Source of the DNA: Podarcis filfolensis | Lineage: Eukaryota | NCBI GenBank assembly: GCA_964270895.1 | Contig: OZ185438.1 | Reading direction: 5' to 3' (one strand) | Length of the DNA: 64,000 nt | Shown: piece after piece, positions 11,866-23,965 of the stretch | Numbering within the stretch: the stretch's first letter is position 1 | How the letters are laid out: each line of letters begins with the position of its first letter | The notes under the pieces: model-generated | What the model was told of the DNA's origin: nothing | The model's database searches: none | What the model saw: the letters and a program-made list of their open reading frames with translations, nothing else | Position numbers and translations under genes: made by a program

Positions 11866-12094
11866 CTGAAAAGCACATTCTTTTCCTTTTAATTTCTAAA
11901 AAAAGAGGCATTGATTCTACAACTATTTTTCATTCATAAAAACACTTTCTATTTAAAATAAAAATAAAAAAATAAAAAAAGAGAATGCTAAGACCCTGGG
12001 CAGTAATTTCATCATACAACGACAGATTTACATTTTAAAACCCATGTGCTTCCCCCCTTCCCCCCAAGTGAAAGGAAGAACATGTTATGCACAC

Positions 12095-12470
12095 TTAGGT
12101 ATAAGGCAGAGATTTGATTCAGCAGAATGGGGGAAAAAATACAATTTCTAAAACAACATGAGAACCGAAGCACAGCCATCCTTCAAAATTTGCTCTTATT
12201 TTCTATTCTCCAACCAAACAGTGTTTGCAAAAATATATATTAGAAAAGTGTCTTGCAAAAATGTGTAATTAGTCAAAACTACATACAAAAATGTGTTTCT
12301 TGCGAAAATTTTGCGCTAAAATGCTGATGAATTTTCAGGCGTTTTTTAAAACAAAACAAAACATGCACACATACACACACACAAATTACTGCAGAAATGT
12401 GGAGAAGTGAATTTAAGACTGGAGAAAACAAAAACTGATAGAAACAAAATGGACACATCCTTCAATCCCT
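12095..12470 (+). mobile_element. AT-rich dispersed repeat, family unassigned (probably non-autonomous DNA element)
   Basis: Shares cagccatccttcaaaattt, aaaatgctgatgaatttt and gaaac..aaa.tg.cag motifs with copies at ~39000-39905 (reverse), 46400-46790 and 59420-60040. Confidence 0.6.
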
Positions 12471-13209
12471 ATTTGCATCACATACCTCTGTATTTAGAAG
12501 TAAGCGGCATTATGCTCAACTACCTCGTGAGCACAAAATAGCTGCTGAATAATCCACCCTACCCTCTGCAAAGCAGGCGCTGGACCCAAAAGATCCAAGG
12601 CTCAGGCCATCCGCTAATGATGTCCCTGTTCTTTTTGAATATGCAGCAAAGTATAGCATGGAAATATAAGCTGTAAAACCTTTAAGATACACCCTTCCAA
12701 ATGAGTACCAAAATTGTCTCCTTTAAAATTCCTTCCAAAGTTTCCCTCTACCCCAGCATAGGAAAAGACCACATGCCTGGCAAGTTAAAAATGATTTACT
12801 TACAAACTCTCCAAAGGTCAGATTCATCTGCTTTTCCATACATCAGTCAAAAAAGTCGCACAGGTAATAAAATGTAGCTTAGTTACAAAGTGCTAAAAGT
12901 TCCTAAACTGATGGTATAGGAACATGAAAAAGGCTGGTGAAAGTTATGTGACTGAGCTCAGACCTCCTCACATGCTGAATTCACAGGTAGACTGGGGGCG
13001 GGGGGAGCAAAGGCTTGATTACCTATTTCCTCCCAAATAAGGGGAAGTGGCATAGCTCATTCTGTCAGCACAGCTTACTCTATGGTCTAAACCCCTTTAT
13101 ACATCATTTAGACTTAAGCATGTTGGTTATATGTGATTGGTTATCCCACAAAATCTCCTCATGGTAATTCTTCTGGCTCAAAGGCAAGTCAGAGTCAAAC
13201 TAGATGATA

Positions 13210-13730
13210 TCTTGGAGTTGTAAAAGGGTAAAAGAGTATTGGGAAATGATCCATAATAAATTGAAAAATGTTTAAAAGTACAATCCCAAAAAACCTGGAG
13301 TCCTTTCTGTTTAGGATAATTCAGACTGAAATTCCCAGGTATCAAAAAAGGTTATTTATGTATGCTACTACTGCAGCCCGTGTTTTGTTAGCCCAAAAAT
13401 GGAAAACAAGCGAGATCCCAACCAAAGAAGAATGGCAACCCAAGTTGACAGAATATACGCAGCTTGCAGACTTAACATATAGAATAAGAGAGCAAGAAGA
13501 ACATATGTTTGAGAAGATTGGAAAACGTTTATTGAATAAATGGGAAATAACTGTGTACAGCTGCAAACGCTGGCAGCATTAAGATAAATTCAACAGTGTA
13601 AATAAGTTTTGATGGACGTAATAATGGAAAACTGAATGGTTTAGTTTATGAAAAACATGCAGGGGTTTTTGTTATGCAAAATGAACCATGGAAAGAGAAG
13701 AAGGGAAGTCAGTGATTAATGTAAAAATGA
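13210..13730 (+). mobile_element. L1-clade LINE 3' fragment (ORF2 C-terminus plus 3' UTR)
   Basis: Peptide LFMYATTAARVLLAQKWKTSEIPTKEEWQPKLTEY is homologous to the copy at 25657-26282. Confidence 0.8.
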
Positions 13731-15030
13731 GTTTGTGTGGCCCCAACCCCACATGTTTCAATACATCACAGAAGAGAGACTTAGAGCGAAAGGTTAGGAG
13801 GCTGAATCTGTAGAAGGTTCTAGAGATTAGAATTCAGCCCTCCAATTGCAAAGGGTTCCCTGCTCCTGGCCTGGTTGGGCAAAGCCCTTCAAATTTGTTT
13901 GGAGGTGATGAGGACTTGCAGGTGAGAATCTGCAGGCAGGGAGAGGTTTGAACATCTCCTGCCTGCCATTCTACTCTGAAAACGCCCCCACCACAAACCC
14001 TTGCATTAATGTCACAAAGGCGAATGGAGTTGGTGACCCTCATAATGGCTTAATTCAGCCATGAACCAGCTCTTTGGAGCTGCAACTCTCAATTTTATAA
14101 AGAGTGAGGCTTATCCTTAAGGTACTCATCTTGCCTACGATTCGTCCAGCAGTAGAGTTTGCCGGCAGAATATATGCCGGTGATCACAATCCAATTGCCT
14201 TGCACCTATTTCTGTAATGAAAACATCTTGGGAGGAGGGGCTATTTTTAGCACCATGCTCTCAAAGCAAAACTCTGCCTAGAATTCTTAAAAATGTATTT
14301 ATGTAGCATGACAGCAACGCTTTTAGGAACGGGGGGTAATATGGAATGCTTTTGCAAAGGTAGCAAGCATGCAGGGAGTTGATGCTGACATCCAGTTCCT
14401 TACTCAGCCACTAATGGAAGCTGGAGCAGAATTAATTGTGATGTAGAGTTAGGCCAATCCTCCTCTAGTTAAAATATATCTTCATTTTTCATTTGGGTTT
14501 GCAATTCTATCATAAGCTATTTATAACACACCCCTGTTTCAGTGCAACACTGCTCATGCGTCTCCTCCACCCTCTGCCCAATGAAATGAAGGCAAGCAAG
14601 GAATGCTCCATCTGTGCCTTGCAGAAGGATCTCATCCATTATCTGCAACAGTGCTCTGATTTCCCCCCTTTTTTAATCACTGAAGAAATGGGCTTAAATA
14701 TTTTACAAGATTGACATAATAAATAATTGAACACTAGTTAAGAATAACTGTAACTCTTGGTGTCTGGCTTCTGTGCCTTTTTTCCTCTTCTCTGCTCACC
14801 ACCTGGGAAAATATTTATATTTATCCTAATAAATACAAGGTGGTTTTCAACTGAGTTTTTACTCGGAGTACATCTATTGAAATTAATGCACCTAACTTAG
14901 TCACGGCCATTCATTTCAATAGGTCTACTCGGAGAAAAACTTAGTTGAATACTACCCATTTCTGACTGCTGCTGTAAATCACATCCCTTCACTCCAGTCT
15001 GAGGATGCTTCAAGTACATGAGACACCATA

Positions 15031-15387
15031 GGTAAAGGTAAAGGTACCCCTGACCGTTAGGTCCAGTCGTGGATGACTCTGGGGTTGCGCGCTCATCTCA
15101 CTCTATAGGGAGCTGGTGTTTGTCCGCAGATAGCTTCCGGGTCATGTGGCCAGCATGACTAAGCCGCTTCTGGCGAACCAGAGCAGTGCACGGAAACGCT
15201 GTTTACCTTCCCGCAGGAGTGGTACCTATTTATCTACTTGCACTATGCCATGCTTTCGAACTGCTAGGTGGGCAGGAGCTGGGACTGAACAACGGGAGCT
15301 CACTCCTCCGTGGGGATTTGAACCGCTGACCTTCTGATCGGCAAGTCCTAGGCTCTGTGGTTTAGACCTCAGTGCCACCCGCGTCCC
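15031..15387 (+). mobile_element. Sauria SINE (Squam1-like)
   Basis: Head ggtaaaggtacccctgaccgttaggtccagtcgtgg, core ggtcatgtggccagcatgactaagccgc, end gccacccgcgtccc. Degenerate TSD atgagacaccata / atgagatgccata. Confidence 0.88.
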
Positions 15388-15602
15388 ATATGAGATGCCA
15401 TACTTAGATCCATTTACCCAGGAGCACACCCCATTGAAATCAGGGAGCATTACTGAGTAGCCATGCATTGGATTGCGCTGTGAAAAAAATAAACCTCACA
15501 GGCCTGGGCTGACAGCTGTTATGAAGCAGCTTTCATACATTACATCTTGAGGCAGAAAGGTAAAAAATATCAGACTTTTATACTTCTCTAGTAAACATGG
15601 TA

Positions 15603-15838
15603 CAGTGGTACCTCGGTTTAAGAAAAGTCCTGTTTACGCACAATTCGGTTTACGAACTCCGCAAAACCGGAAGTAGTGTCCCGGTTTGCAAACTTTACCT
15701 CGGTCTAAGAACAGAATCTGAATGGTGGAAGGGCACTGGCGGTGGGAGGCCTCATTCGGGAAAGCGCGCCTCAGTTTAAGAACAGTTTCAGTTTAAAACT
15801 TCCAGAACGGGTTAAGTTCGTAAACCAAGGTACCACTG
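15603..15838. mobile_element. Tc1/mariner-superfamily MITE (divergent subfamily)
   Basis: TIR CAGTGGTACCTCGGTTTA / TAAACCAAGGTACCACTG, flanked by a TA TSD. Confidence 0.88.
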
Positions 15839-16884
15839 TATAAAGAACCCTAAGTATTCCAAATTCCAGCTTCCTGTGTGATATGATAATACCATATGTT
15901 GGTTATATAAGGTTGGTTATCCCACAACCAGCATGTTTTTAATGAATTGATCTGTGAGAACGTCATTTTTCAATGGCTGTTAGATAAACACAAGGGTGGT
16001 TTTTCTAATCAGTTATTTAATGTTACTAAGTGGGTATTTCCACGTGCTTGTAACTTAGTTGTGAAATTGACCTTTCAGGAATGATTTAGGTCTTGCAATA
16101 AGTCTTGAAGTTCAATTCCGAGGACTGATTCTCACAGCCATTTGAGTTGAGTTGAAGTTTAATCCTGTCTTTAACAGGTGTGATAATATCAATAATGTTT
16201 CTAGACGACATTCATCATGTTCTGCTTCAACCCACTTCTCAAAGATTTTTCAAGACAGAATAAATCTTCTGTCTTAAAATATTCAGAAGTACATGTATAA
16301 GCGTTAACATGCTAAGAAACCTAAAACAATGGTCCTTCCCTGGAATTAATCTTACCTCTTTTGCTATTCAGAAGAGGTGTAACAAGCAATTATGGGTCTC
16401 AGCACATGGAGAAAGGCACATTTTGAAGATTTTCCATGGTACATTAATCATTACACATATTCACACGTTTATTTTTAAGACAATCTTAATTTGTTTAATA
16501 TTTACATGTCGTTTATCTATTAAATAATAATGAAAGACAGAAGACTTGCTAGTAATCTAGTATCTTTCTAACATTTTTACTCAACAGTGAAAAAACCATA
16601 AAGGTGGGAAATAAAATAGCATGTCTCGATGAATACTTTTTGTGGTGAGCACTGTTTTTCTTTTGGATAGCGCTGGAGATCAAAATTATATGAACCATAT
16701 ATAATGAACCATTTTGGATTATTGTTTAAGCCAGGGTTTGCCTACAGATATTGTTGGGCTACAGCTCCCATGATTCCCAGCTTACATGGCCAGTGATTCA
16801 GGATGATGGGAGTTGTCATCCAACATCATCTGGAAGGTACTACATTGGCTGTCCCTGCTTTGAACAAAAGATTGCCAACTTTCT

Positions 16885-17215
16885 CAGGGCTGTCTTTATC
16901 CAGGGGTGTGGGGCACCCAGGCGCCAAATTCTGGGGGGTGCCTCTCAATCGGCGGCAGCGAAAAGCAAGGGAGCGAAAGTCCCCGCCCCCCTCCTCCGTC
17001 ACTCTGTTACTCCATAGCGTCAAATATTCCCGACAAGTCAGGAAACAAAAGCAGTTTTTTGCTGCGTCATTGTTACAGGTGAGCGATCCCCCCCCCCTAA
17101 GAAAAAGTCAACAATTTCAGCTTCCTACCTCCCCAAAAAAGCTCAATAAAAGTTAATTTGGGGGTGCTGGGCAGATCTTTGCACCCCGGCGGCGCACATG
17201 CTAAAGACGGCCCTG
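16885..17215. mobile_element. hAT MITE
   Basis: TIR CAGGGCTGTCTTT / AAAGACGGCCCTG and a perfect 8-bp TSD AACTTTCT (16877-16884, 17216-17223). Confidence 0.92.
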
Positions 17216-17309
17216 AACTTTCTTTCCTGACAGAAAAATGCTCTTAAAAATCCCAAGTAAACACATACAAAAATCTGATTTTCCCTCTGCCTTCTACAAG
17301 ACCACTCAC

Positions 17310-17382
17310 CTGAGTCCATTCAGTGAGTCCTCATCTCCTTGTGAACATCAGGCTCAGCTGATCACAAGTGCAGTTTTCTTTC
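17310..17382 (-). other. candidate non-coding exon
   Basis: Acceptor ctcactctgttctttctag and donor CAG|gtgagt are both near consensus. Stops in all frames. Confidence 0.3.
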
Positions 17383-17563
17383 CTAGAAAGAACAGAGTGA
17401 GGTGAGCTTCAGATCAGAACACTGGCTGTCTTTTCTCCCCATGGCTCTCTATGTGTGGATTGGATCACAGCAACATATTCAAAGGATTTCATCACTTTTC
17501 ACTCCGAGCTGTTGGGGTTGAGAGCAGCTGAGGGGGAAATAGAAGCACCTGTTTTGCATTCCT

Positions 17564-17803
17564 AGAAGAGTTTGGATTTGATATCCCGCTTTATCACTAC
17601 CCGAAGGAGTCTCACAGCGGCTAACATTCTCCTTTCCCTTCCTCCCCCACAACAAACACTCTGTGAGGTGAGTGGGGCTGAGAGACTTCAGAGAAGTGTG
17701 ACTGGCCCAAGGTCACCCAGCAGCTGCATGTGGAGGAGCGGGGAAGCGAACCCAGTTCACCAGATTACGAGACTACCACTCTTAACCATTATACCACACT
17801 GGC
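17564..17803 (-). mobile_element. tRNA-derived SINE (Squam3-like), near full length
   Basis: Reverse strand reads gccagtgtggtataatggttaagagtggtagtctcgtaatctggtgaactgggttcgc...ctgggtgaccttgggccagtcac...gcgggatatcaaatccaaactcttct. Confidence 0.85.
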
Positions 17804-18207
17804 ACACTTCCTAAGGGGGGCAATGGCAGTTTTGAGGTTCAGGTGCAACTTAGATTGGGGAAAATGGCAAAGGGAAAGGGCTGTTAACTCCCTTCCTCTG
17901 CCCTGTTCCTCCTAGTCAATTACCCCCCTTCCCTGGTTAATTACTATTAAGTGAAAAATAAAGAACTCAAATGTAAATGTGTTCTTTCGTTCTCATAAAC
18001 CACAGACTGAGACAGAGCTTTGGGAGTAAAGAGGGAATATTAGCTGTGGCTAATATTGAATGAGGAAACAGGAACAAGTTCCTCCCAGTGAAAAGCAGAT
18101 CTTCCAATGTTGTCAAAATACAGTATGTTGCCAATTTTGGAATGTTTTGTGTTGCGAGTGTTGTGTTTGGAGTGTTTTGTGTTGTGTTGTATTTCCTCAA
18201 GCATTTA

Positions 18208-18433
18208 CAGTGGTACCTCGGGTTACATACGCTTCAGGTTACAGACTCCGCTAACCCAGAAATAGTACCTCAGGTTAAGAACTTTGCTTCAGGATGAGAA
18301 CAGAAATCATGCTCTGGGGGCGCGGCGGCAGCAGGAGGCCCCGTTAGCTAAAGTGGTGCTTCAGGTTAAGAACAGTTTCAGGTTAAGAACGGAACTCCGG
18401 AACGAATTAAGTACTTAACCTGAGGTACCACTG
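18208..18433. mobile_element. Tc1/mariner-superfamily MITE
   Basis: TIR CAGTGGTACCTCGGGTTA / TAACCTGAGGTACCACTG with a TA TSD. Nearly identical to the copies at 23630, 35637 and 47513. Confidence 0.92.
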
Positions 18434-18996
18434 TACTAGCAGTATTGAAGACAGGGACTAGGCAACATTAACTACTAGTGTGACCCAGCAAGGTCTGAGG
18501 TTCCTCTTGATTTACATTGCTGTAAAGGAGTTCCTGAGTACTGTACCTAGAACAGCTGTTTTAATTTGTATAAATCAAGGAGACAATCCTAGAAAGGAAA
18601 CTAAAGCCAGGATACAACAAATTTTAGCCAGATTGGTTGATTGTTGAATCTGGAATCAAGTTGGATCTGGAATCAACTTCCTTCTCTACTGTGTTTTATA
18701 TAATCAGCCAGATAAAATTCCCTAGCAGTGTGTTTTTGTGTGTTTGTGAGAGAAAGAGAGAGACCAAAGATTGGTTAAGGTTTCACTGAGGAGAACCAAA
18801 TCATAATGAATCTGGGCTGGAGTATCTCTCATTTTATGAGCTAGCTCCAGAATCCGCTTTTCAACAAAGCCACATTGCTACTCATTAGAAGTAATTAATC
18901 TCCCCTGTACTCTCTGCTTGTCAGCTCACTGAACTGTCACATGCTCTGTCAGCCGTTAAGAAGCAGTCAGGCACCACAGGCTGACAACTTTCTCAA

Positions 18997-18998
<2 letters not shown>

Positions 18999-19056
<58 letters not shown>
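18999..19056. repeat. compound (CT)n(CA)n microsatellite
   Basis: Direct read of the sequence. Confidence 0.95.
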
Positions 19057-19207
19057 AGGTCCTTTTCTCACAGGTGTCAGCTGCTGATGAACCAATGAAC
19101 AGAACGACATTATAGATTGATGGCCTACCTCTAGATTTTCCCACACATCCCAACGGAGATTAGATACTACTAGAAACCAGAGCTCACATTCTCTCCCTTC
19201 ACCCCAG

Positions 19208-19913
19208 CACACACTCCAAGTGTCCCTAATTTTCCAGAGATGGTCCTGGATTTAGGGAAACCATTCCTGTTTCTGATTTGATCCTGGAATGTCCCGCTTT
19301 CGCTTAGGATGCCCCTATTTTCATTAGAGAAATGTTGGTTAGGATTTATCCAACCCTTAAGCCGCCTGAAGGCAATCCTGTATAGGGAAGGTTTTTTTAA
19401 AAAAACTATTTTAAACTTTAATGTTTTATTATGTTTTTATATATGTTGGAAGCTGCCCAGAGTGCAGTAAGATGGGCGGGGTATGAATAGTAAAATAATC
19501 ATTATGGAATAAAGGTAAAGGGACACCTGACCATTAGGTCCAGTCGTGACTGACTCTGGGGTTGCAGCGCTCATCTCGCTTTATTGGCCGAGGGAGCCGG
19601 CGTACAGCTTCCGGGTCATGTGGCCAGCATGACTAAGCCGCTTCTGGCGAACCAGAGCAGCGCACGGAAACGCAGTTTACCTTCCTGCCAGAGCGGTACC
19701 TATTTATCTACTTGCACTACATGCTTTCAAACTGCTAGGTTGGCAGGAGCAGGGACCGAGCAATGGGAGCTCACTGCGTCGTGGGGATTCGAACCGCCGA
19801 CCTTCTGATCAACAAGTCCTAGGCTCTGTGGTTTAACCCACAGCGCCACCCGGTCCCTAATCATTATGGAATGGGACGTCCCTATTTTCATCGGAGAAAT
19901 GTCAGAGGATATG
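19208..19913. mobile_element. composite MITE carrying an L2-type 3' end, interrupted by a Sauria SINE
   Basis: Reverse-complement homolog of 28307-28718, with degenerate termini resembling cataccctccaa / ttggagggtatg. Confidence 0.65.
19511..19857 (+). mobile_element. Sauria SINE (Squam1-like), young copy
   Basis: Full head to tail, with a perfect 15-bp TSD TAATCATTATGGAAT (19496-19510, 19858-19872). Confidence 0.93.
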
Positions 19914-20295
19914 CCCCACTAACACGAAGCATAGCACGACGCATGATTTGACCATGTTATTGTGCGGTGCATTTTCATTTCCTCAGATAATTGGGTTTCA
20001 ATGTCAGGCAAGGAGGCCACATGTCCTGTTACACTAGATGCCTGCCCCCCCCTGTGACCCCTCCACTTTCACACATACAGCCCAAAGGTCTGAAGGAAGC
20101 TTCTAAGCATGTTTGCCTGAGGCCTTCCCAGCGATAAGGAATCCTAACGAGCAGTGGTGGCTCATCCATTAGAGCACATGGAACACAGTGCTGCACCACC
20201 AGCAGCCAGGGCATCTTGGTGAGGGGAGAGAGACTTTGTGCTGCCTGTCAGACAATGGCTTTTCCCACCTGCCGTGCCCCACCCTCCAGCCCTAG

Positions 20296-20390
20296 GATGA
20301 ATGGCCATCTGTCATGGATGTTTTAGTTGAAATTCCTGCGTTGCAGGGGGTTGGACTAGATGACCCTTGGGACCCCTTCCAACTCTAAAC
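20296..20390 (+). mobile_element. CR1 LINE extreme 3' end
   Basis: ggatgaatggccatctgtcatggatg...gcgttgcagggggttggactagatgaccc...cccttccaactcta. Confidence 0.8.
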
Positions 20391-21324
20391 CAAAGAAGGA
20401 GACCAGCATCAACCTGTGGGTCCTAGCATTGGCTTGATCGTGCTTGGGACTGAGGATGGATCTTGCAATGTGCATCCGTATGCAGAATAACACCCTGGCA
20501 ATGTTATGCCAGCTCTGCCTATTCTCTGGACTGTGCCAAGAATGCATTAAGAAGAAAGCTTGTGTGAATGATATATACATATGGGATGAATGGGGAGAAG
20601 GGGGAGGGATAGGGGGTTCCTTTGAGTGAGACGGTTTATCTGCATTTACTATTGAGAATGCATGAATAAAGATTATTGAAAAAGAAAAGTTTGTATTCCA
20701 GGTTTTACCAGCCACCCTCTTTCCAGAGAAGCAAAATATTTGTGCATTACAGTATTACAAAAAGGGAAACTACGCTATAATGATCCTTAATTGTTAACAC
20801 TTCTAAACAGCTAGATAATTAAGATACAAATCTAGTAGAATTTTACAGCGCATGGATTTCAAAACAAGTCTGTGTTTTCCTTTCATCCTGGCTACTATTT
20901 TTTTTCTTTTCTCCTGTACTGTTTGAAAGCTTACTTGGTAAGTTTTATGTGATGATTGTCACCGGCCCATTAGTTCCAGAAGCTCTAGGGGAAATTCTGT
21001 CTACTCCTCTCCACAGATCTGTTGCGTTTGAGTTGTTCTTATTTACATAACCCATCTGTCTCCCTGCTTTGGAAAAGTGTCTGCAGGCCTGGATATCCAG
21101 CTGATGCCAGACAACGTGAGCTCAGTTGAGTCAAGTGTGCAGTGATACAGGGTGGAAGGACAAGGGAGCCCAGGGCAGCCTTTCTCATTTACTTTACCAT
21201 TACCCACTTCATAGGTGAACTTTGCCCTCTCTATATATTTGGGCTGTGTACGCGACATAGTGTGGTGCGCAACCCTAACAGCCAAGTGGTGAGAGACTCC
21301 AGTGGTGCTTTATTTAGTTCTTGA

Positions 21325-21528
21325 TTACATGTATATACCACCTTTATATTCCAATGATCTCAAGGTGGTGCACACAGTTCATCCTCACAACACCCCAGTG
21401 AGGTAGGTTAGGCTAAGAGATGGTGACTGGCCCAAGGTCACCCAGTGAGCTTCATGGCTGAGTGGGGATTCAAACCCTGGTCTCCCATGTCCTAGTCCAA
21501 CACTCTGACCATTACGCCACACTGGCTC
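21325..21528 (-). mobile_element. older tRNA-derived SINE (Squam3/MIR-like)
   Basis: cctcacaacacccc.gtgaggtaggttaggct.agagatggtgactggcccaaggtcacccagtgagcttcatggctgag. Related copies at ~41190-41395 (-), 57120-57350 (-) and 59655-59800 (+). Confidence 0.8.
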
Positions 21529-21602
21529 TTAACCCAAGCTTTGCTTTCCTTGGAGTGAAGGTGAGCGGAAACTGTTGTGTCTTGAGGATACATGGTTTTA
21601 GC

Positions 21603-21821
21603 CAGTGGCGGAGCTTCATGCTCCAGCACTGGGGGCAGAGAGCAGGCAGGGGCAGGGCTGGCAGACATCCTGGGGGCGGGGCGCACGTTCTGGGGGCAGG
21701 GTGTGCCGCCTGCGGGGGCAGGGCACCCAGCACGGGGGGGGGGGCAGCCGCGATGGAACCCCACTGGGATCTTGCTGCCGGGGGCAGTGCGCTCCCCCCA
21801 CCCCCTCTTCCTCCGCCAGTG
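21603..21821. mobile_element. hAT MITE (GC-rich)
   Basis: TIR CAGTGGCGGAG / CTCCGCCAGTG. TSD GTTTTAGC / GTTTTAGT (7/8). Confidence 0.82.
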
Positions 21822-22082
21822 GTTTTAGTTACACACATAGACATATATTCTGCGTTTTACTAAGCAGAATACATACAACATGGCCATTAAAAAACACAAA
21901 CTCCCCCCTGCCCTGAGAGAACCCAGGCAGTTCACAAGCAAGAAGAAAATAGAGAAAAACAAAACCTTTTAAGCAGAAACAATGAAGATGTGCCTTCTAC
22001 TTATCTTAATTGCAAGATTCCACTGACACCCCCCACCCCACATTTAAGGCTATTTCCCCGTTTTACTCTTTTTACAAAGAAG

Positions 22083-22560
22083 CAGCGTAGTGTAGTGATT
22101 AGGTAAAAAAAGGTAAAGGAGCCCTGGATGGTTAAGTCCAGTGAAAGGTGACTATGGGGTTGTGGCGCTCATCTTGCTTTCAGGCCAAGGGAGCCGGCGT
22201 TTGTCCACAGACAGCTTTCTGGGTCATGTGACCAGCATGACTAAACCGCTTCTGGCGCAAGGAACACCGTGGCAGAAACAGTAGTGCATGAAAACACTGT
22301 TTACCTTCCCGCCACAGTGGTACCTATTTATCTACTCCGTTGGTATTCTTTTGAACTGCAAGGTTGGCAGGAGCTGGGACAGAGCAAAGGGAGCTCACCC
22401 TGTATTGGAGTGTTGGTCAAGGGCCAAGAGACCAGGGTTCAAATCCGCACTCAGCCATGAAGCCCACTGGGTAACCTTGGGCTAGTCACTATCTTTCAGC
22501 CTAACCAACTCCACAGGGTTGTTGTGAGAATAAAATGGCAAGAAGTGTGTACGTCAGCTT
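22083..22560 (+). mobile_element. tRNA-derived SINE split by a Sauria SINE (~22103-22402)
   Basis: Host head gcagcgtagtgtagtgattag resumes as agtgttgg...ccagggttcaaatcc after the aaaggtaaagg...gggagctcacc insert. Confidence 0.78.
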
Positions 22561-23629
22561 GAGCTCATTTGAGAAAAGGTGGGGGTGGAAATCCAGAAAT
22601 CTGAATGAATGAATGAACGGTGCTACTGTTTAATACAGTCGCTCCAAGATCTGGTTTCTCTAGAAGCGGGATGGGAAACAAGTCACAGTCAAAAAGTCCT
22701 TGAAGTCCAGCTCCCATCAACCCCCAACCAGCAGGGCCAATGAGATGATGTGATTTGGAATCTGGCAAACTACTAGAGGATTACGGGCGGCCCATTGTAC
22801 CCTTAAAGAGTATAGAATAATAGAATTGTAAAGTTGGAAGGGACCCTGAGAGTTAACTAGTTCAACCCCCTGCAATCAGGGCACCCGAGGCACTGCCTAC
22901 CTCCCAGGCACCCTGCGGGGCTCACAATGCTTCTGCCTGCGATGGAGGAATCTCAACTAAAGCATCCGTGACAGTAGAGTGACCCCATGTGCCCTAGTTT
23001 ACAGAGGGCAGTCCTCTATTTAAAGGAGCCCTCTATTTGAAGTTGCGTTGATTCAAGGCCAACCGAGTGATGTGGAAAAGATGCTGCTTTCTGCAGGCTG
23101 GAAGTTAGGCGGAAGAGCAGCCTTTGCTCTTGCTCTCTTCTTTGTAACATTCAGTGATGAGCTGTGAATGCAAATGCATGAGGGGCTCCACCCCACCCTC
23201 AATGAGAGGATGCTGGAAGTGCTGGCATTCTTTACAGATGCTTTCTTCTTGGAAAGGTTTATCTTACCTCCCCTCCTCCTCTCCTCAAACCTCCCTTGCT
23301 TTCTGCTCTGGGGGAGGAGGGAGAAAAAGAGAGAGCCCTGAGCAGTTTCTCCTCCACTCTTTAATTTGTTTGTTTATTAAAGATCTCTCTCTATTTATAT
23401 ATTTGCTTCCTCAAAAGACTACAGGGCAGTTTGCAACACAGAACACAAATGTCAGCATAAGCATCAAAACAGTTATATGATTACAAATGTAATAATAATA
23501 AAGCCATAATAAAATGCAGGTTCTCATAACAGCAACATAAAAAAGGAGGGACGGGGGAAATCAGGAGCAGAGTATCAAAAATTCAGGGGGAAACTGCAAA
23601 AAATCAGAATCTTTTTCTCTAGTCAAGTA

Positions 23630-23855
23630 CAGTGGTACCTCGGGTTAAGTACTTAATTCGTTCCGGAGGTCCGTTCTTAACCTGAAACTGTTCTTAACCT
23701 GAAGCACCACTTTAGCTAATGGGGCCTCCTGCTGCTGTCGCGCCGCCGGAGCACGATTTCTGTTCTCATCCTGAAGCAAAGTTCTTAACCTGAAGCACTA
23801 TTTCTGGGTTAGTGGAGTCTGTAACCTGAAGCATATGTAACCCAAGGTACCACTG
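23630..23855. mobile_element. Tc1/mariner-superfamily MITE (opposite orientation to 18208)
   Basis: TIR CAGTGGTACCTCGGGTTA / TAACCCAAGGTACCACTG with a TA TSD. Confidence 0.92.
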
Positions 23856-23965
23856 TAGCTCTTAATCCTGGTCTGCACAGAAAATGACAGACCCTCCCAG
23901 CTCTCACCTGGGAGCTTTCCTCCCTCTTACCCTGGGAGGTCTTTGCTTCCTTGCCTCTTGGGGTC

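Noticed and set aside
1848-17382. snoRNA-host-gene interpretation of the many short exons
   Set aside because: I found no intronic RUGAUGA...CUGA pair with a terminal stem on the minus strand. H/ACA RNAs cannot be excluded without a search.
23168-23267. Possible plus-strand first coding exon MQMHEGLHPTLNERMLEVLAFFTDAFFLER
   Set aside because: The donor is weak (AG|gtttat), I found no downstream partner exon, and I recognise no homology.
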